From Candidatus Latescibacterota bacterium (GTDB lineage Bacteria > Latescibacterota > Latescibacteria > Latescibacterales > Latescibacteraceae): a stretch of 58,362 nucleotides of DNA. The notes below the pieces were generated by a model. That model saw only the letters and a program-made list of their open reading frames with translations, searched no databases and had not been told where the DNA came from. Made by a program: the position numbers and the translations under genes. The first letter of the stretch is position 1. Each line of letters opens with the position of its first letter. Below, piece after piece: positions 17,646-27,530 of this stretch. The stretch lies in contig JAWLHT010000001.1 in the NCBI GenBank assembly GCA_041690195.1, forward strand, positions 1-58,362, given 5' to 3'.

Positions 17646-18911
17646 TCACATGAACTCTCGAGGATCGGTAATCCGTCCGGTCAGCGCGGTCGCCGCCGCA
17701 GTGGCCGGGCTCGCCAGGTAGACCTCGCTCTGCGGAGATCCCATCCGGCCCACGAAGTTGCGGTTCGTGGTGGACACACACCGTTCTCCCGCGGCCAGAA
17801 TACCCATGTACCCACCGAGACAGGCGCCGCAGGTCGGGGAGGACACGACGCATTTGGCATCTGAAAAGATGTCAAAAAGCCCTTCCTTCATGGCCTGACG
17901 CCAGATTTTGGTGGAGGCCGGGACCACGATGCAGCGGGTTCCTTCCGCAATCTTCCGTCCTCGCAGGATTTCCGCCGCGATACGGAGATCTTCGATCCGC
18001 CCATTGGTGCAGGAGCCAATGTAGACCTGGTCGATCTTCTCCGGCCCGGCATCCTTCGCCTTTCTGCCATTGGAGGGAAGGTGAGGATAGGCAACCATCG
18101 GTTCCAGAGAAGAGCAATCGATCTCAATCGTTTCGGCGTACCCGGCATCCGGATCCGAGGTATAAATCGTGAAGGGCTGGTCCGTGCGGCCGCGGAGGTA
18201 TTCCAGTGTCTTCTCGTCCGGATTCATGATACCGGATTTCCCGCCAGCCTCGATGGCCATGTTGGCGATGGTGAAGCGCGCCTCCACGGAGAGAGCGTCA
18301 ACTACCGGCCCGGTAAACTCCATGGCCTTGTACAACGCGCCGTCCACGCCGACCAGCCGGATAATATCCAGGATCACATCCTTGGAGTACACGCCTTGGG
18401 GCAGCGAGCCGTTGAGCACGAACCGCATGGTTTCCGGAACCCTGAACCACAGCTCGCCGGAATATATTGCCGCAGCGAGATCGGTGGAACCGATTCCCGT
18501 CGAGAAAGCCCCGAGTGCACCGTGCGTGCAGGTATGGGAATCACCGCAGACAATGGTCCGTCCGGGCAGCACCCAGCCGTCTTCCGGCAGCACGGCATGG
18601 CAGACGCCGTTCTCGCCCACTTCGTAGTAGTTCTTGATGTTGTGCTTGCGGACCCACTCACGCAGCCGTTTGGCCAGTTCGGCACTCTTAATATCTTTGT
18701 TCGGGACGAAGTGGTCCGGGATCACCACGACCTTTTCGGGGTCGAACACCCGGTCCATCCCAAGCTTCTGGAGCATGCTGATGGCTGGCGGAGTAGTGAC
18801 ATCATGGCACATCACGATGTCCAGTTTCGCGTTCACCAGTTCTCCCGGACGTACGGAATCACGTCCGGAATGTGCGGCCAGGATCTTTTCGGTTATGTTC
18901 ATTCCCATCAT
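17646..18911 (-). CDS. leuC: 3-isopropylmalate dehydratase large subunit
   Basis: 421-aa ORF containing ..[45 protein letters not shown].. (aconitase-family Fe-S ligands). Its start overlaps the leuA stop. Confidence 0.92.
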   Translation of the reverse strand: MMGMNITEKILAAHSGRDSVRPGELVNAKLDIVMCHDVTTPPAISMLQKLGMDRVFDPEKVVVIPDHFVPNKDIKSAELAKRLREWVRKHNIKNYYEVGENGVCHAVLPEDGWVLPGRTIVCGDSHTCTHGALGAFSTGIGSTDLAAAIYSGELWFRVPETMRFVLNGSLPQGVYSKDVILDIIRLVGVDGALYKAMEFTGPVVDALSVEARFTIANMAIEAGGKSGIMNPDEKTLEYLRGRTDQPFTIYTSDPDAGYAETIEIDCSSLEPMVAYPHLPSNGRKAKDAGPEKIDQVYIGSCTNGRIEDLRIAAEILRGRKIAEGTRCIVVPASTKIWRQAMKEGLFDIFSDAKCVVSSPTCGACLGGYMGILAAGERCVSTTNRNFVGRMGSPQSEVYLASPATAAATALTGRITDPREFM

Positions 18912-20458
18912 CTATCTCCGTTCGCCTTCCGGGCGGCGTCCGATTCCATCCGCTGCCGGATCTTGTTCAACCCGTCCACATATGCCTTGGCCGAAGCTTC
19001 CAGAATGTCGGTCGAAGCTCCGCGTCCGATAATTTCAAAGGCGTGATTCACCACCATGCGGAGCGATACCTCGCCCATGGCTTCCGTTCCCGCGGTAACC
19101 GCCCGAAGCGAATATTCCTCCAGGGTGATGGGAAGTTCGGCAATGTGATTGATGGCCTTGAAGGTGGCATCAACCGGACCGTCGCCCCACGCCGACTCCT
19201 GATGCGTCTCGCCGTTAACCTGCATGCGCACGGTCGAGGTCGGAATGGTGGAAGAACCGCTGGAAATATGGAAATACTCCAGTTTGAAAAACTCCGGAAC
19301 GCTCCGGATTTCATCTTCGATTATGGCGGCAAGATCCTCGTCGAACACTTCCTTCTTTTTATCCGCCACCACCAGGAACCGTTCGAAAGCGGCGTCAATC
19401 TCTTCCGAGGAGAGCTTGTACCCCATGTCCTCGACCCGCTTTTTGAAGCCGTGTTTGCCGGAGTGACGACCGAGCACGATCTTCATGTCGGAAAGCCCGA
19501 TGGACTCCGGGGTCATGATCTCGTAGGTCTGACGGGCTTTGAGCAAACCGTCAACATGGATTCCCGACTCGTGGGCGAAGGCGTTGGCGCCCACAATGGC
19601 CTTGTTCGGCTGTACGCGGATGCCGGTGAGATTGGACACCATCTGGCTGGTCCGATAAATCTCCCGGGTGTCAATACCGGTTTCGAACCCGATGAAATCA
19701 TTCCGCACGGTAATGGCCATGACAACTTCTTCCAGGGAAGCGTTCCCGGCGCGCTCGCCGAGGCCGTTCACCGCCACTTCCACCTGACGGGCCCCGTTGC
19801 GGACAGCCATGACCGAATTGGCGGTAGCAAGTCCAAGATCATTGTGGCAGTGGATGCTGATGACGGCATCGCCCACGTTGGGGACCCCGTCCATGATCTC
19901 CCGGATAAACTGTCCGAACTCGGAGGGAATGGCATACCCCACCGTATCGGGAAGGTTCACGGTCCGCGCCCCGGCGGCGATCACGGCCTGCACCACTTCC
20001 TTCAGGAAGCCGCGGTCACTGCGGAAGGAATCCTCCGCGCTGAATTCCACATCCTCCACCAAGCTCCGGGCCAGGGTAACCGCCTCGACCGCCATGCGGA
20101 GCACTTCCTCCGGCTTTTTGCGGAGTTTGTATTCCATGTGAATGGGCGATGTGGCAATAAATGTGTGAATACGCGGCCGCACCGCGCCCTTGAGCGCTTC
20201 GTAGGCGCTCCGGATGTCTTTCTCCACGGTCCGGGCCAGACTGGCGATCACCGCGCCTTTCACCTCAGCAGCGCAGATTTCCACCGCCTCGAACTGCACC
20301 GGCGAGGACACCGCAAACCCGGCCTCGATGATATCCACCCCCAGCCGTTCGAGCTGGAGCGCGATCTGGAGTTTGTCCTTGATACTCAGGGACGCTCCGG
20401 GGGATTGTTCACCATCGCGGAGCGTCGTATCGAATACAATGATTTTCTCTTTATCCAT
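18908..20458 (-). CDS. leuA: 2-isopropylmalate synthase
   Basis: ORF trimmed to ATG 20458. Contains [44 protein letters not shown].. plus a C-terminal LeuA allosteric domain. Confidence 0.92.
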   Translation of the reverse strand: MDKEKIIVFDTTLRDGEQSPGASLSIKDKLQIALQLERLGVDIIEAGFAVSSPVQFEAVEICAAEVKGAVIASLARTVEKDIRSAYEALKGAVRPRIHTFIATSPIHMEYKLRKKPEEVLRMAVEAVTLARSLVEDVEFSAEDSFRSDRGFLKEVVQAVIAAGARTVNLPDTVGYAIPSEFGQFIREIMDGVPNVGDAVISIHCHNDLGLATANSVMAVRNGARQVEVAVNGLGERAGNASLEEVVMAITVRNDFIGFETGIDTREIYRTSQMVSNLTGIRVQPNKAIVGANAFAHESGIHVDGLLKARQTYEIMTPESIGLSDMKIVLGRHSGKHGFKKRVEDMGYKLSSEEIDAAFERFLVVADKKKEVFDEDLAAIIEDEIRSVPEFFKLEYFHISSGSSTIPTSTVRMQVNGETHQESAWGDGPVDATFKAINHIAELPITLEEYSLRAVTAGTEAMGEVSLRMVVNHAFEIIGRGASTDILEASAKAYVDGLNKIRQRMESDAARKANGDR

Positions 20459-20622
20459 GTTGTGCCTTCCTCTGAAAGCGGGTGTGCGCAGACAAGCGCG
20501 GTGTATCCTCACTGTTCAACTTCGCAAGACCGCCCGAACCGCCTTCATCGAGACCCGTGGAACGCCTGTCCACTATGACCACCCCCTTTCGAGGAAAAAA
20601 GGAATCACAATATCCTGACCGA

Positions 20623-20660
20623 GTGCCCCTCCTCACCGGCTTGCCGGTGAGGAGAGGCAC
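20623..20660 (-). promoter_or_regulatory. 17-bp hairpin in the 278-nt ilvC-leuA spacer (possible attenuator or processing element)
   Basis: Minus strand GTGCCTCTCCTCACCGG-CAAG-CCGGTGAGGAGGGGCAC gives 17 bp with one G-U pair. A T6 run begins ~23 nt downstream (plus-strand A-run 20595-20600). Confidence 0.5.
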
Positions 20661-20736
20661 GTTCCATAACGATTCCCCTGTTTCTTCTCCCGTCAATGCC
20701 CGGAAGAAATGTCAGCGGGTGAACGCCGGTGATTCT

Positions 20737-21726
20737 TTACTTGTGGAGCCAGGGCATCATGCCGCGGAGCTTTTTGCCGACCTCTTCAATCATGTGCTCT
20801 TCGCCCATGCGCTTGAGCGCGTTGTACACCGGCCGTCCGGCCTGGTTCTCCAGAATCCACTCGCGGGCGAACTCGCCGGACTGGATCTCACCCAGAATCT
20901 GAGCCATCTCTTCACGGGTTTCGTCCGTGATGATCCGGGTGCCGGTAATGAGATCACCATATTCGGCGGTATCGGAGATGGAACTGCGCATGTTGGCAAT
21001 ACCGCCTTCATAGATAAGATCCACAATGAGCTTGACTTCGTGGAGACACTCGAAATACGCCACTTCCGGCTGGTATCCGGCCTCGACCAGGGTCTCGAAA
21101 CCGGCGCGTATGAGCTCGGTCAGACCGCCGCATAGCACCACCTGCTCGCCGAAGAGATCAGTCTCGGTTTCCTCGCGGAAGGAGGTTTCAAGGATTCCGG
21201 CGCGGCCCGCTCCGACTCCGCAGGCATGGGCCAAAGCCAAATCCCTGGCCTTGCCGCTTGCATCCTGGTACACCGCGATGAGCGCAGGAACGCCGCCGCC
21301 GCTTTCATAGACGCGGCGAACGAGATGACCGGGTCCCTTCGGAGCGACCATATACACATCGACATCTTTCGGCGGACGAATCTGGCCGAAATGGATGTTG
21401 AAGCCGTGAGAGAACACCAGTGCCTTGCCCGGCTTCAGCCCTTTTTCGATCTCGCTCTTGTACACCCGCGCCTGGAGTTCATCCGGAAGCAGAATCTGGA
21501 TGATATCGGCTTTCTCGGCTGCTTCAGCGGCGCTGATTGGCTTGAAACCGAGTTCCGTGGCGAGCTGGTAGTTGGTGGTGCCCGGCAGTTCGGCCACGAT
21601 TACATTGTAGCCGGAGTCCCGCAGATTCTGCCCCTGGGCGTGGCCCTGGGATCCGAAACCGATAATGGCGATGGTTTTGTCCTTCAGAATCGCCTTGTCG
21701 GCATCGTTATCATAGTACATCCGCAT
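20737..21726 (-). CDS. ilvC: ketol-acid reductoisomerase (class I)
   Basis: 329-aa ORF containing [53 protein letters not shown].. Confidence 0.95.
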   Translation of the reverse strand: MRMYYDNDADKAILKDKTIAIIGFGSQGHAQGQNLRDSGYNVIVAELPGTTNYQLATELGFKPISAAEAAEKADIIQILLPDELQARVYKSEIEKGLKPGKALVFSHGFNIHFGQIRPPKDVDVYMVAPKGPGHLVRRVYESGGGVPALIAVYQDASGKARDLALAHACGVGAGRAGILETSFREETETDLFGEQVVLCGGLTELIRAGFETLVEAGYQPEVAYFECLHEVKLIVDLIYEGGIANMRSSISDTAEYGDLITGTRIITDETREEMAQILGEIQSGEFAREWILENQAGRPVYNALKRMGEEHMIEEVGKKLRGMMPWLHK

Positions 21727-21798
21727 TGCATACCTCCCTTTACATGAGAGCGCCTGTGTGCCAGAATACCTGAAATAACTGAATATCGAATCAACATT

Positions 21799-21827
21799 CC
21801 CCGTGGTCGATTCAACCGGCCACGGGG
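21799..21827 (-). other. hairpin in the ilvN-ilvC spacer
   Basis: CCCCGTGG-13 nt-CCACGGGG forms an 8-bp stem. On the minus strand it is followed by an AT-rich stretch. Confidence 0.45.
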
Positions 21828-21840
21828 AGTTGGTAACCGC

Positions 21841-22335
21841 TCATTCTCCCGACGGCGCGGGCAGTTCCCGCTGCATGGCGACCATGCCGGTGCGGGCGAG
21901 TTCCGCGATCCCGAAGGGTTCCATTAAACGGACAAACGCATCGACCTTATCCCCGGTGCCGGTGATCTGGATGGCAAGTGTCTCGTGACCGATGTCAATC
22001 ACCTTGGCCCGGAAAACGTTCACCATTTCCAACACCTCGGTTCGGGCCCCATTGCGGCATTTCACCTTGATCAGGCACAGTTCGCGCCCGACATAGGTTC
22101 CCTCGGGAAGGTCGATGACATCGATGACATCCACCAGCTTTTCAAGCTGCTTGATGACCTGCTCCAGAATGCGGTCGTCGCCGCGAACCACGATGGTCAT
22201 GCGGGAAACCGCGGGGTTGTTCGTCTCGCCGACGGTAAGGCTGTCGATATTATACCCGCGCGAAGAAAAAAGACCGCTGACCCGGGCGAGAACCCCGAAC
22301 TTGTTCTCGACGATCACTGAAATGGTGTGCGTCAT
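21841..22335 (-). CDS. ilvN: acetolactate synthase small (regulatory) subunit
   Basis: 164-aa ORF containing MTHTISVIVENKFGVLARVSGLFSSRGYNIDSLTVGET.. (ACT domain). Its start overlaps the ilvB stop (ATGA). Confidence 0.92.
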   Translation of the reverse strand: MTHTISVIVENKFGVLARVSGLFSSRGYNIDSLTVGETNNPAVSRMTIVVRGDDRILEQVIKQLEKLVDVIDVIDLPEGTYVGRELCLIKVKCRNGARTEVLEMVNVFRAKVIDIGHETLAIQITGTGDKVDAFVRLMEPFGIAELARTGMVAMQRELPAPSGE

Positions 22336-24013
22336 ATCTGATGCCCCTCCATCATCTTGTGAATGGGCTCGCCGGGAGCGACCATGGGCCAGACATTTTC
22401 CTCGCGGTCAATGATGAAATCCATGATCACCGGCCCGGGAATCTCCAACGCCTTCTCGATGGTGGCGCGGACATCTTCCTTCCGATCGCACCGCAGCCCG
22501 TGGGCGCCGTACGCTTCGGCCAGCTTGACGAAATCCGGCTGGCAGTCGATGCAGGTGGCGGAGTAACGCTTCTTGTAGAAAAGCTCCTGCCATTGACGCA
22601 CCATGCCGAGATAGCGGTTGTTCAGGATGGCGATTTTGACCGGAAGTCCGTTCTGGACCGCGGTCGCCATCTCCTGAATGTTCATCTGAATGGAACCGTC
22701 GCCCGCGATGTCGAACACCACGGCGTCCGGACGGCCGATCTGTGCTCCGATGGCCGCCGGGAGTCCGAAACCCATGGTTCCCAGACCGCCGGATGAGATG
22801 AACTGGCGCGGATAGTCATACTTGTAGTACAGCGCCGCCCACATCTGATTCTGACCGACCTCGGTGGCGATAACCGCTTCACCTTTTGTAACCTCATAAA
22901 TCTGCTCGATGACATACTGGGGCTTGAGAACACCGGGAGTGTCGATGTAGTACACCGGGCGTTCCCGTTTCAGTTTCTCGATGTGCTCGTTCCAGCCATT
23001 CCGTTCACGGCCGTCAACAATCTCAAGAAGCTGGGTCAGCACAGCCTTGGCATCACCGACCACAGCGATGTCCACTTCGACGTTTTTGGCGATGGCGGCC
23101 GGGTCCAGATCGATATGAACGATCTTGGCATTCGCTGCGAACTCCTCAGTCTTTCCGGTCACCCGGTCGTCGAAACGCGCCCCCACCGCAATCACCAGAT
23201 CACAGTCGGTGAATCCCATGTTGGCAGTGTAGGTGCCGTGCATGCCGGGCATCCCGACCCAAAGGGGATGGTTGGCGGGAAACCCGCCCAGTCCCATGAG
23301 GGTCGTGGTCACCGGGGCGTTTATCCGCTCGGCGAACCGCACCAGTTCGGAAGTCGCCCCACTGATAATCACGCCGCCTCCGGCGTAAATGAACGGCTTG
23401 TGCGAGCCCCGGATGGCTTCGGCGACCTTTTCCAGACTCTCGGTATCCGCGAGTTTCGGAATTCGGTATCCGAGCGGGATACTTTGACGCTCCGGCCAAT
23501 CGAAGTCAATCACACCGGTGCTCACGTCTTTCGGGATATCCACCACCACCGGTCCGGGCCGCCCGGTCGAGGCAATGTGGAAGGCCTGACTGATGATATC
23601 GGCCATCTTGGATGTTTCGCTGATGAGAAAGTTGTGCTTGGTGATGGGACGGGTGATACCGGTGATGTCCGCTTCCTGGAAGGCGTCGGTACCGATGAGC
23701 GACATGGGCACCTGACCGGTGAACGCCACCATGGGCACGGAATCCATGTAGGCATTGGCGATTCCGGTGACCAGATTGGTCGCCCCCGGACCGGAGGTGG
23801 CCAGGCAGACGCCGGTTTTGCCGTTGCACGGGCATACCCGTCGGCGGCATGAGCCGCGGCCTGCTCGTGTCGGGTCAGAACGAAACGGATATCGTTCGCA
23901 TCGTACAATTTATCGAACAACGGAATGACAACGCCGCCGGGATACCCGAAAAGCACCTCGACGTTGTGTCTCCGCAAACATTCGACGAATATGTCAGCAC
24001 CACTCATTTTCAT
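22332..24013 (-). pseudogene. ilvB: acetolactate synthase large subunit interrupted by a 1-nt frameshift near 23821-23822
   Basis: The N-terminal ~63 aa, MKMSGADIFVECLRRHNVEVLFGYPGG..RHEQAAAHAADGYARAT, are in the frame of ORF 23522..24091. The rest, (N)GKTGVCLATSGPGATNLVTGIANAYMDSVPMVAFTGQV.. through the stop at 22332, is in the frame of ORF 22332..23747. Observed GCA ACG GCA AAA CCG would read GCA ACN GGC AAA ACC if one base were restored. Confidence 0.85.
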
Positions 24014-24039
24014 GTGTAAAAACCCCTGTGTATTTAGTT

Positions 24040-24159
24040 GAGAAGGAGTCAGGAGCCACCAGGATTTTTGAGCATTGACATGAACAGACACTTGAAATCC
24101 GCATCATTCACGCTCTTTGGCATTTCTCCTGACTTCTGACTTCGGTCTCCTGACTTCTC
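24040..24159 (-). repeat. direct repeats plus an inverted partner in the ilvD-ilvB spacer
   Basis: The plus strand has TCTCCTGACTTC at 24125-24136 and 24146-24157, with a half copy TGACTTC at 24137-24143. The inverted partner GAGAAGGAGTCAGGAGCC lies at 24040-24057, about 25 nt from the ilvB start. Confidence 0.8.
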
Positions 24160-24164
24160 AGTCT

Positions 24165-25826
24165 CTATTCGCTCTTCAGAATGGCTCCGGTCGCCGCGGA
24201 AGTGACCAGTTTGGCGTAGCGCGCCAGATAACCGTGCTTCACCTTCGGTTCCAGCGGCGTCCAGGACGCCATACGGGATTTCATCTCTTCCTCGCTGACG
24301 AGGAGTTCGATTTTGCGGGCGGGGATGTCGATCAGAATCTCATCCCCTTCGCGTACAACACACAGGGGGCCGCCTTCCATGGCTTCGGGAGAAACGTGGC
24401 CGATGCAGGGTCCCTGGGTTCCGCCACTGAACCGGCCGTCGGTGATAAGCGCCACCGAGTCGGAAAGCCCCATGCCGGTGAGCGCCGCGGTACCCTGGAG
24501 CATTTCCCGCATTCCGGGGCCGCCCTTTGGTCCCTCGTACCGGATCACGACGACGTCGCCGGGCTGAATCTTGCGGTTGAAGATGGCTTCCAGCGAATCT
24601 TCCTCTGAATCGAACACCCGGGCCTTGCCCTTGAATACCATCATCTTGGGTGAAACCGCGCTCTGCTTCACCACCGCGCCCATCGGCGCGAGATTGCCGG
24701 TAAGGATGGCGATGCCGCCTTCGGCGTGATAGGGGTTGTCCAGCCCGTGAATGATCTCCGGATTGCCCTCGGGCGAACCGTCCTGGATTTCCTTCACGCT
24801 CAGCCCGGACAGGGTCGGATTGTCCTGCAGCTTGCCGCCGAGAACCTTCATCACCGCCGGTATGCCGCCCGCGTACTCCAGGTCTTCCATGAAATGCTCG
24901 CCGCCGGGAAGAAGCGAAGTGATGTGCGGCGTATCCTTGGAGAGCACGTCAAACCGCTCCAGAGGCAGGTCCACCCCCGCTTCATGGGCGATGGCGGGCA
25001 GGTGGAGCACGGTATTGGTCGATCCACCGAGCGCCATGTCAACCCGGATGGCATTGTCGAAAGCGGCCTGAGTCATGATGTCCCGGGGCCGGATGTTTTC
25101 ACGCACCAGATCACACACCCGGACGCCGGAACGAAAAGCGATGCGGCGTTTCCGGGCGAACCCCGCCAGCGCGGTGGCGCAGCCGGGCAGCGACATTCCC
25201 ATTGTCTCGGTGATACAGGCCATGGTGTTGGCGGTATAGAGACCCTGGCAGGAACCCTGCCCGGGACACGCTTCCATTTCAAGGGCGGTCAGCTCGTCCT
25301 CGGTGATGAGCCCCTGACGGTACTTTCCGATGGCTTCGAAGGTATCGGCGACCAGGGACAGACGACGGTTGTTCAGGTTGCCGGAATACATGGGACCTGC
25401 GGTGACCACGATGGCGGGAATATCGAGCCGCGCGGCGGCCATGAGCATGCCCGGGGTGATCTTGTCACAGTTGGTCAGGAGCACGATGCCGTCGAGCTTG
25501 TGGGCCATCATGACACACTCGATGGCGTCGGCGATGATTTCACGGGTGCACAGGCTGTACTTCATACCGCTGTGCCCCATCGCTATCCCGTCGCACACCG
25601 CCGGAACGCCGAAGATGAAAGCGCTCCCGCCGCCGGTGTGAATACCCTTCTCGATGGATCGTTCCAAATCACGCATGCCCACATGCCCGGGAACCAGATC
25701 GGTAAAAGCGGAGGCAATACCGATCATGGGACGTCCCAACTGGGAGTTATCCACCCCGGTCGCATACATCAGCGACCGTGACGCAGCCCGCTCATATCCT
25801 TTGGTAACATCATCGCTTCTCATCAT
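24165..25826 (-). CDS. ilvD: dihydroxy-acid dehydratase
   Basis: 553-aa ORF containing ..[53 protein letters not shown].. Confidence 0.95.
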   Translation of the reverse strand: MMRSDDVTKGYERAASRSLMYATGVDNSQLGRPMIGIASAFTDLVPGHVGMRDLERSIEKGIHTGGGSAFIFGVPAVCDGIAMGHSGMKYSLCTREIIADAIECVMMAHKLDGIVLLTNCDKITPGMLMAAARLDIPAIVVTAGPMYSGNLNNRRLSLVADTFEAIGKYRQGLITEDELTALEMEACPGQGSCQGLYTANTMACITETMGMSLPGCATALAGFARKRRIAFRSGVRVCDLVRENIRPRDIMTQAAFDNAIRVDMALGGSTNTVLHLPAIAHEAGVDLPLERFDVLSKDTPHITSLLPGGEHFMEDLEYAGGIPAVMKVLGGKLQDNPTLSGLSVKEIQDGSPEGNPEIIHGLDNPYHAEGGIAILTGNLAPMGAVVKQSAVSPKMMVFKGKARVFDSEEDSLEAIFNRKIQPGDVVVIRYEGPKGGPGMREMLQGTAALTGMGLSDSVALITDGRFSGGTQGPCIGHVSPEAMEGGPLCVVREGDEILIDIPARKIELLVSEEEMKSRMASWTPLEPKVKHGYLARYAKLVTSAATGAILKSE

Positions 25827-26117
25827 CGAACTCCTGAAAGTGCGGGGCCGGAATTCAGGGTCCGACCCACGCCGTCATCCGGAAACCATTCGCGGCCGGA
25901 TATCCGGATTTTCCCTGAACGCCCGGCTTCTCCGCGCGTTATACTGCGTTATATGAAATAACCCTCGTGTTCACGTCGTACCGCTTGTCCAAAACCGCCG
26001 ATCCGCCCGCCCGAATTCACAATTGATATACAGCATCCCTCTTCCTTTCGGAGAGTTTCCGAGAGGCTCCTATCGAACTTTATGTTGCTCATGGAATTGG
26101 GTTCGTAGGTGGCCTCT

Positions 26118-26297
26118 TCATCCCGCTACCGGGAGCAGGATTACCACAAGGCCGAGAAGCAGGGTAATTCGATGTACTACGAGGGCGGAGACAACAAAAA
26201 AGCCGGGGACGTTACGGGAGAACAGACACGCCGAACCCTTGCGTCCGGCGAAACGCGCATCAGTCATCTCCGTGCAACGAAAAACCCGGTTTTCCAT
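26118..26297 (-). CDS. 59-codon ORF with a Val/Leu/Ile-rich C-terminal half (candidate ilv leader peptide or small membrane peptide)
   Basis: Read by hand on the minus strand as MENRVFRCTEMTDARFAGRKGSACLFSRNVPGFFVVSALVVHRITLLLGLVVILLPVAG. It is one codon short of the track cutoff. It starts ~50 nt downstream of a TTGACA/TATTTT promoter and lies inside the ~530-nt ilvD leader. The SD is weak. Confidence 0.3.
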   Translation of the reverse strand: MENRVFRCTEMTDARFAGRKGSACLFSRNVPGFFVVSALVVHRITLLLGLVVILLPVAG

Positions 26298-26358
26298 GGG
26301 AAATCCATCCGTTCCAATGCTTGAACAAATGAAAATTGACTATAGGATACAGCGATTA

Positions 26359-26388
26359 AAAATACCGATTTTTAGCGGGGCATGTCAA
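26359..26388 (-). promoter_or_regulatory. sigma70-like promoter for the ilv-leu array
   Basis: Minus strand reads TTGACA (26383-26388), an 18-nt spacer, then TATTTT (26359-26364). It lies inside a locally AT-rich patch, downstream of the gcvH terminator. Confidence 0.5.
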
Positions 26389-26407
26389 GGGAATAATTGC
26401 TGTTCAT

Positions 26408-26436
26408 AAAAAAAATGGAACCTCCGCAACGGTTCT
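26408..26436 (-). terminator. probable gcvH terminator
   Basis: Minus strand reads GAACC-GTTGCGGA-GGTTC followed by CATTTTTTTT. The stem is short (5 bp) but the T8 tract is strong. Confidence 0.5.
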
Positions 26437-26555
26437 CCGGGATATGGTTCCGGGAGTTCCGTCCTGGCATCCAGCCGCCGGGGATCTCCCCAATCCGCCG
26501 GCCGCCGGTTTCGCCCATCCCCGCGAGCTCGGGGATGCACTGTTTGATCCGGCGT

Positions 26556-26966
26556 CTACTCCAATTCCTCGCCGGTAACGTACACCATGTAATCCTCGGG
26601 GGTCAGGATATTCTCGATTTCGTCCGGATCGTGCATGATAACCCTGATCATCCAACCCTCGCCATAGGGATCCATATTGACCACACGGGGATCGGATTCG
26701 ATGGCATCGTTGACCTCGATCACCTCTCCCGATACCGGCGAAATCAACTCCGCCACGGTCTTCATGGCCTCAATTGTCCCGAAAGGCGAACCCTGTACCA
26801 CCTCGGACCCCACGTCCGGCAGGTCGACGTACACCACTTCCGCCAGTTCCGCCTGGGCAAAGTCGGTAAGCCCGATGATCCCCTCGTTCCCTTCGACGAG
26901 AATCCAGGTGTGGTCATTGGTGTAAAACAGGTCACGGGGGATTTTCATGCTGCTGTCAAGGGACAT
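26556..26966 (-). CDS. gcvH: glycine cleavage system H protein (lipoyl carrier)
   Basis: ORF trimmed to ATG 26966. Contains ..YTNDHTWILVEGNEGIIGLTDFAQAELAEVVYVDLPDVG..FGTIEAMKTVAELISPVSGEV.. (lipoyl-Lys in the EAMKTV motif). Confidence 0.9.
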   Translation of the reverse strand: MSLDSSMKIPRDLFYTNDHTWILVEGNEGIIGLTDFAQAELAEVVYVDLPDVGSEVVQGSPFGTIEAMKTVAELISPVSGEVIEVNDAIESDPRVVNMDPYGEGWMIRVIMHDPDEIENILTPEDYMVYVTGEELE

Positions 26967-27530
26967 GTTTGCTATCCTCTTTCCTCTCACAATAATGTTT
27001 GGGCGTATCACACCGTTGGGGTCACAAACGGCTGAATACACCGTTTTGCTCTATCATAAACGAAACCTTCGAAACCTAGTCCAACAAGGAATGATTCCCG
27101 CTCTGCCGGAGGCAGGGCAAACCGGTCCCGGAACTGCCATTTTCCCGTTCAAAACGCATACCGGAACTTAATCACGTCGGAATCCGGCGAGTTCAATCCA
27201 GGTATACCGGCCGGGCAGTCAGTTATCATGGCCGCCAACGGCTTTTCCGGAAAACGACATCAACCCTCATCAACCGGTGATAGGCAAGCAATTCTTCCAG
27301 TACTGCGTATACAGAAAACGGGCACTGTTTGCCGTACTTCAAGAAAATCCTCCCCAACGCCCCTCCCTCATCATGCCACAGGGCAATGAAACGACTATCT
27401 CAACAAGAGAGGGACCGGGGAACGATCTTCAGATTCTAACGGCCTTTTACAGCCTGCCCGACGCAGATAATCACAACCATTCCGAAACCCGCGACAATCC
27501 GGGAGCAGCGCCGCCACACATCCGGTTCGG

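Noticed and set aside
18872-20578. 568-aa plus-strand ORF opposite leuA. Similar long antisense ORFs occur at 11830..13002, 14236..15198, 24726..25781, 33037..34158, 35551..36747, 37839..39227, 45771..46616 and 56301..57344.
   Set aside because: All lie exactly antisense to genes with strong family motifs. Long stop-free antisense frames are expected at this GC content, and none shows recognisable domains.
20459-20736. T-box leader or Leu-rich leader peptide upstream of leuA
   Set aside because: There is no AANNNGGGTGGNACCGCG-like T-box sequence. The short ORFs present (for example MERASPHRQAGEEGHSVRIL and MKAVRAVLRS) are not Leu-enriched.
22332-24091. Treating ORFs 22332..23747 and 23522..24091 as two separate genes
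   Set aside because: Together they reconstruct one continuous AHAS large subunit across a single-base frame change. The 3' two-thirds of ORF 23522..24091 and all of ORF 23506..23850 are out-of-frame read-through.
26023-26409. Plus-strand ORFs 26023..26409 (128 aa) and 26109..26324 (71 aa) in the ilvD leader region
   Set aside because: They have no SD or promoter context and point against the flanking transcription. Their hydrophilic low-complexity products are not family-like. The region is better explained as the minus-strand ilv leader.
26967-27300. Glycine riboswitch upstream of gcvH
   Set aside because: The conserved GGAGAG...CACCGAAGGGGCAA...CTCAGGCAAAAGGAC blocks are absent on the minus strand. 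The only similar string (CCGGAGGCAGGGCAA, 27105-27120) is on the wrong strand and lacks the rest of the aptamer.
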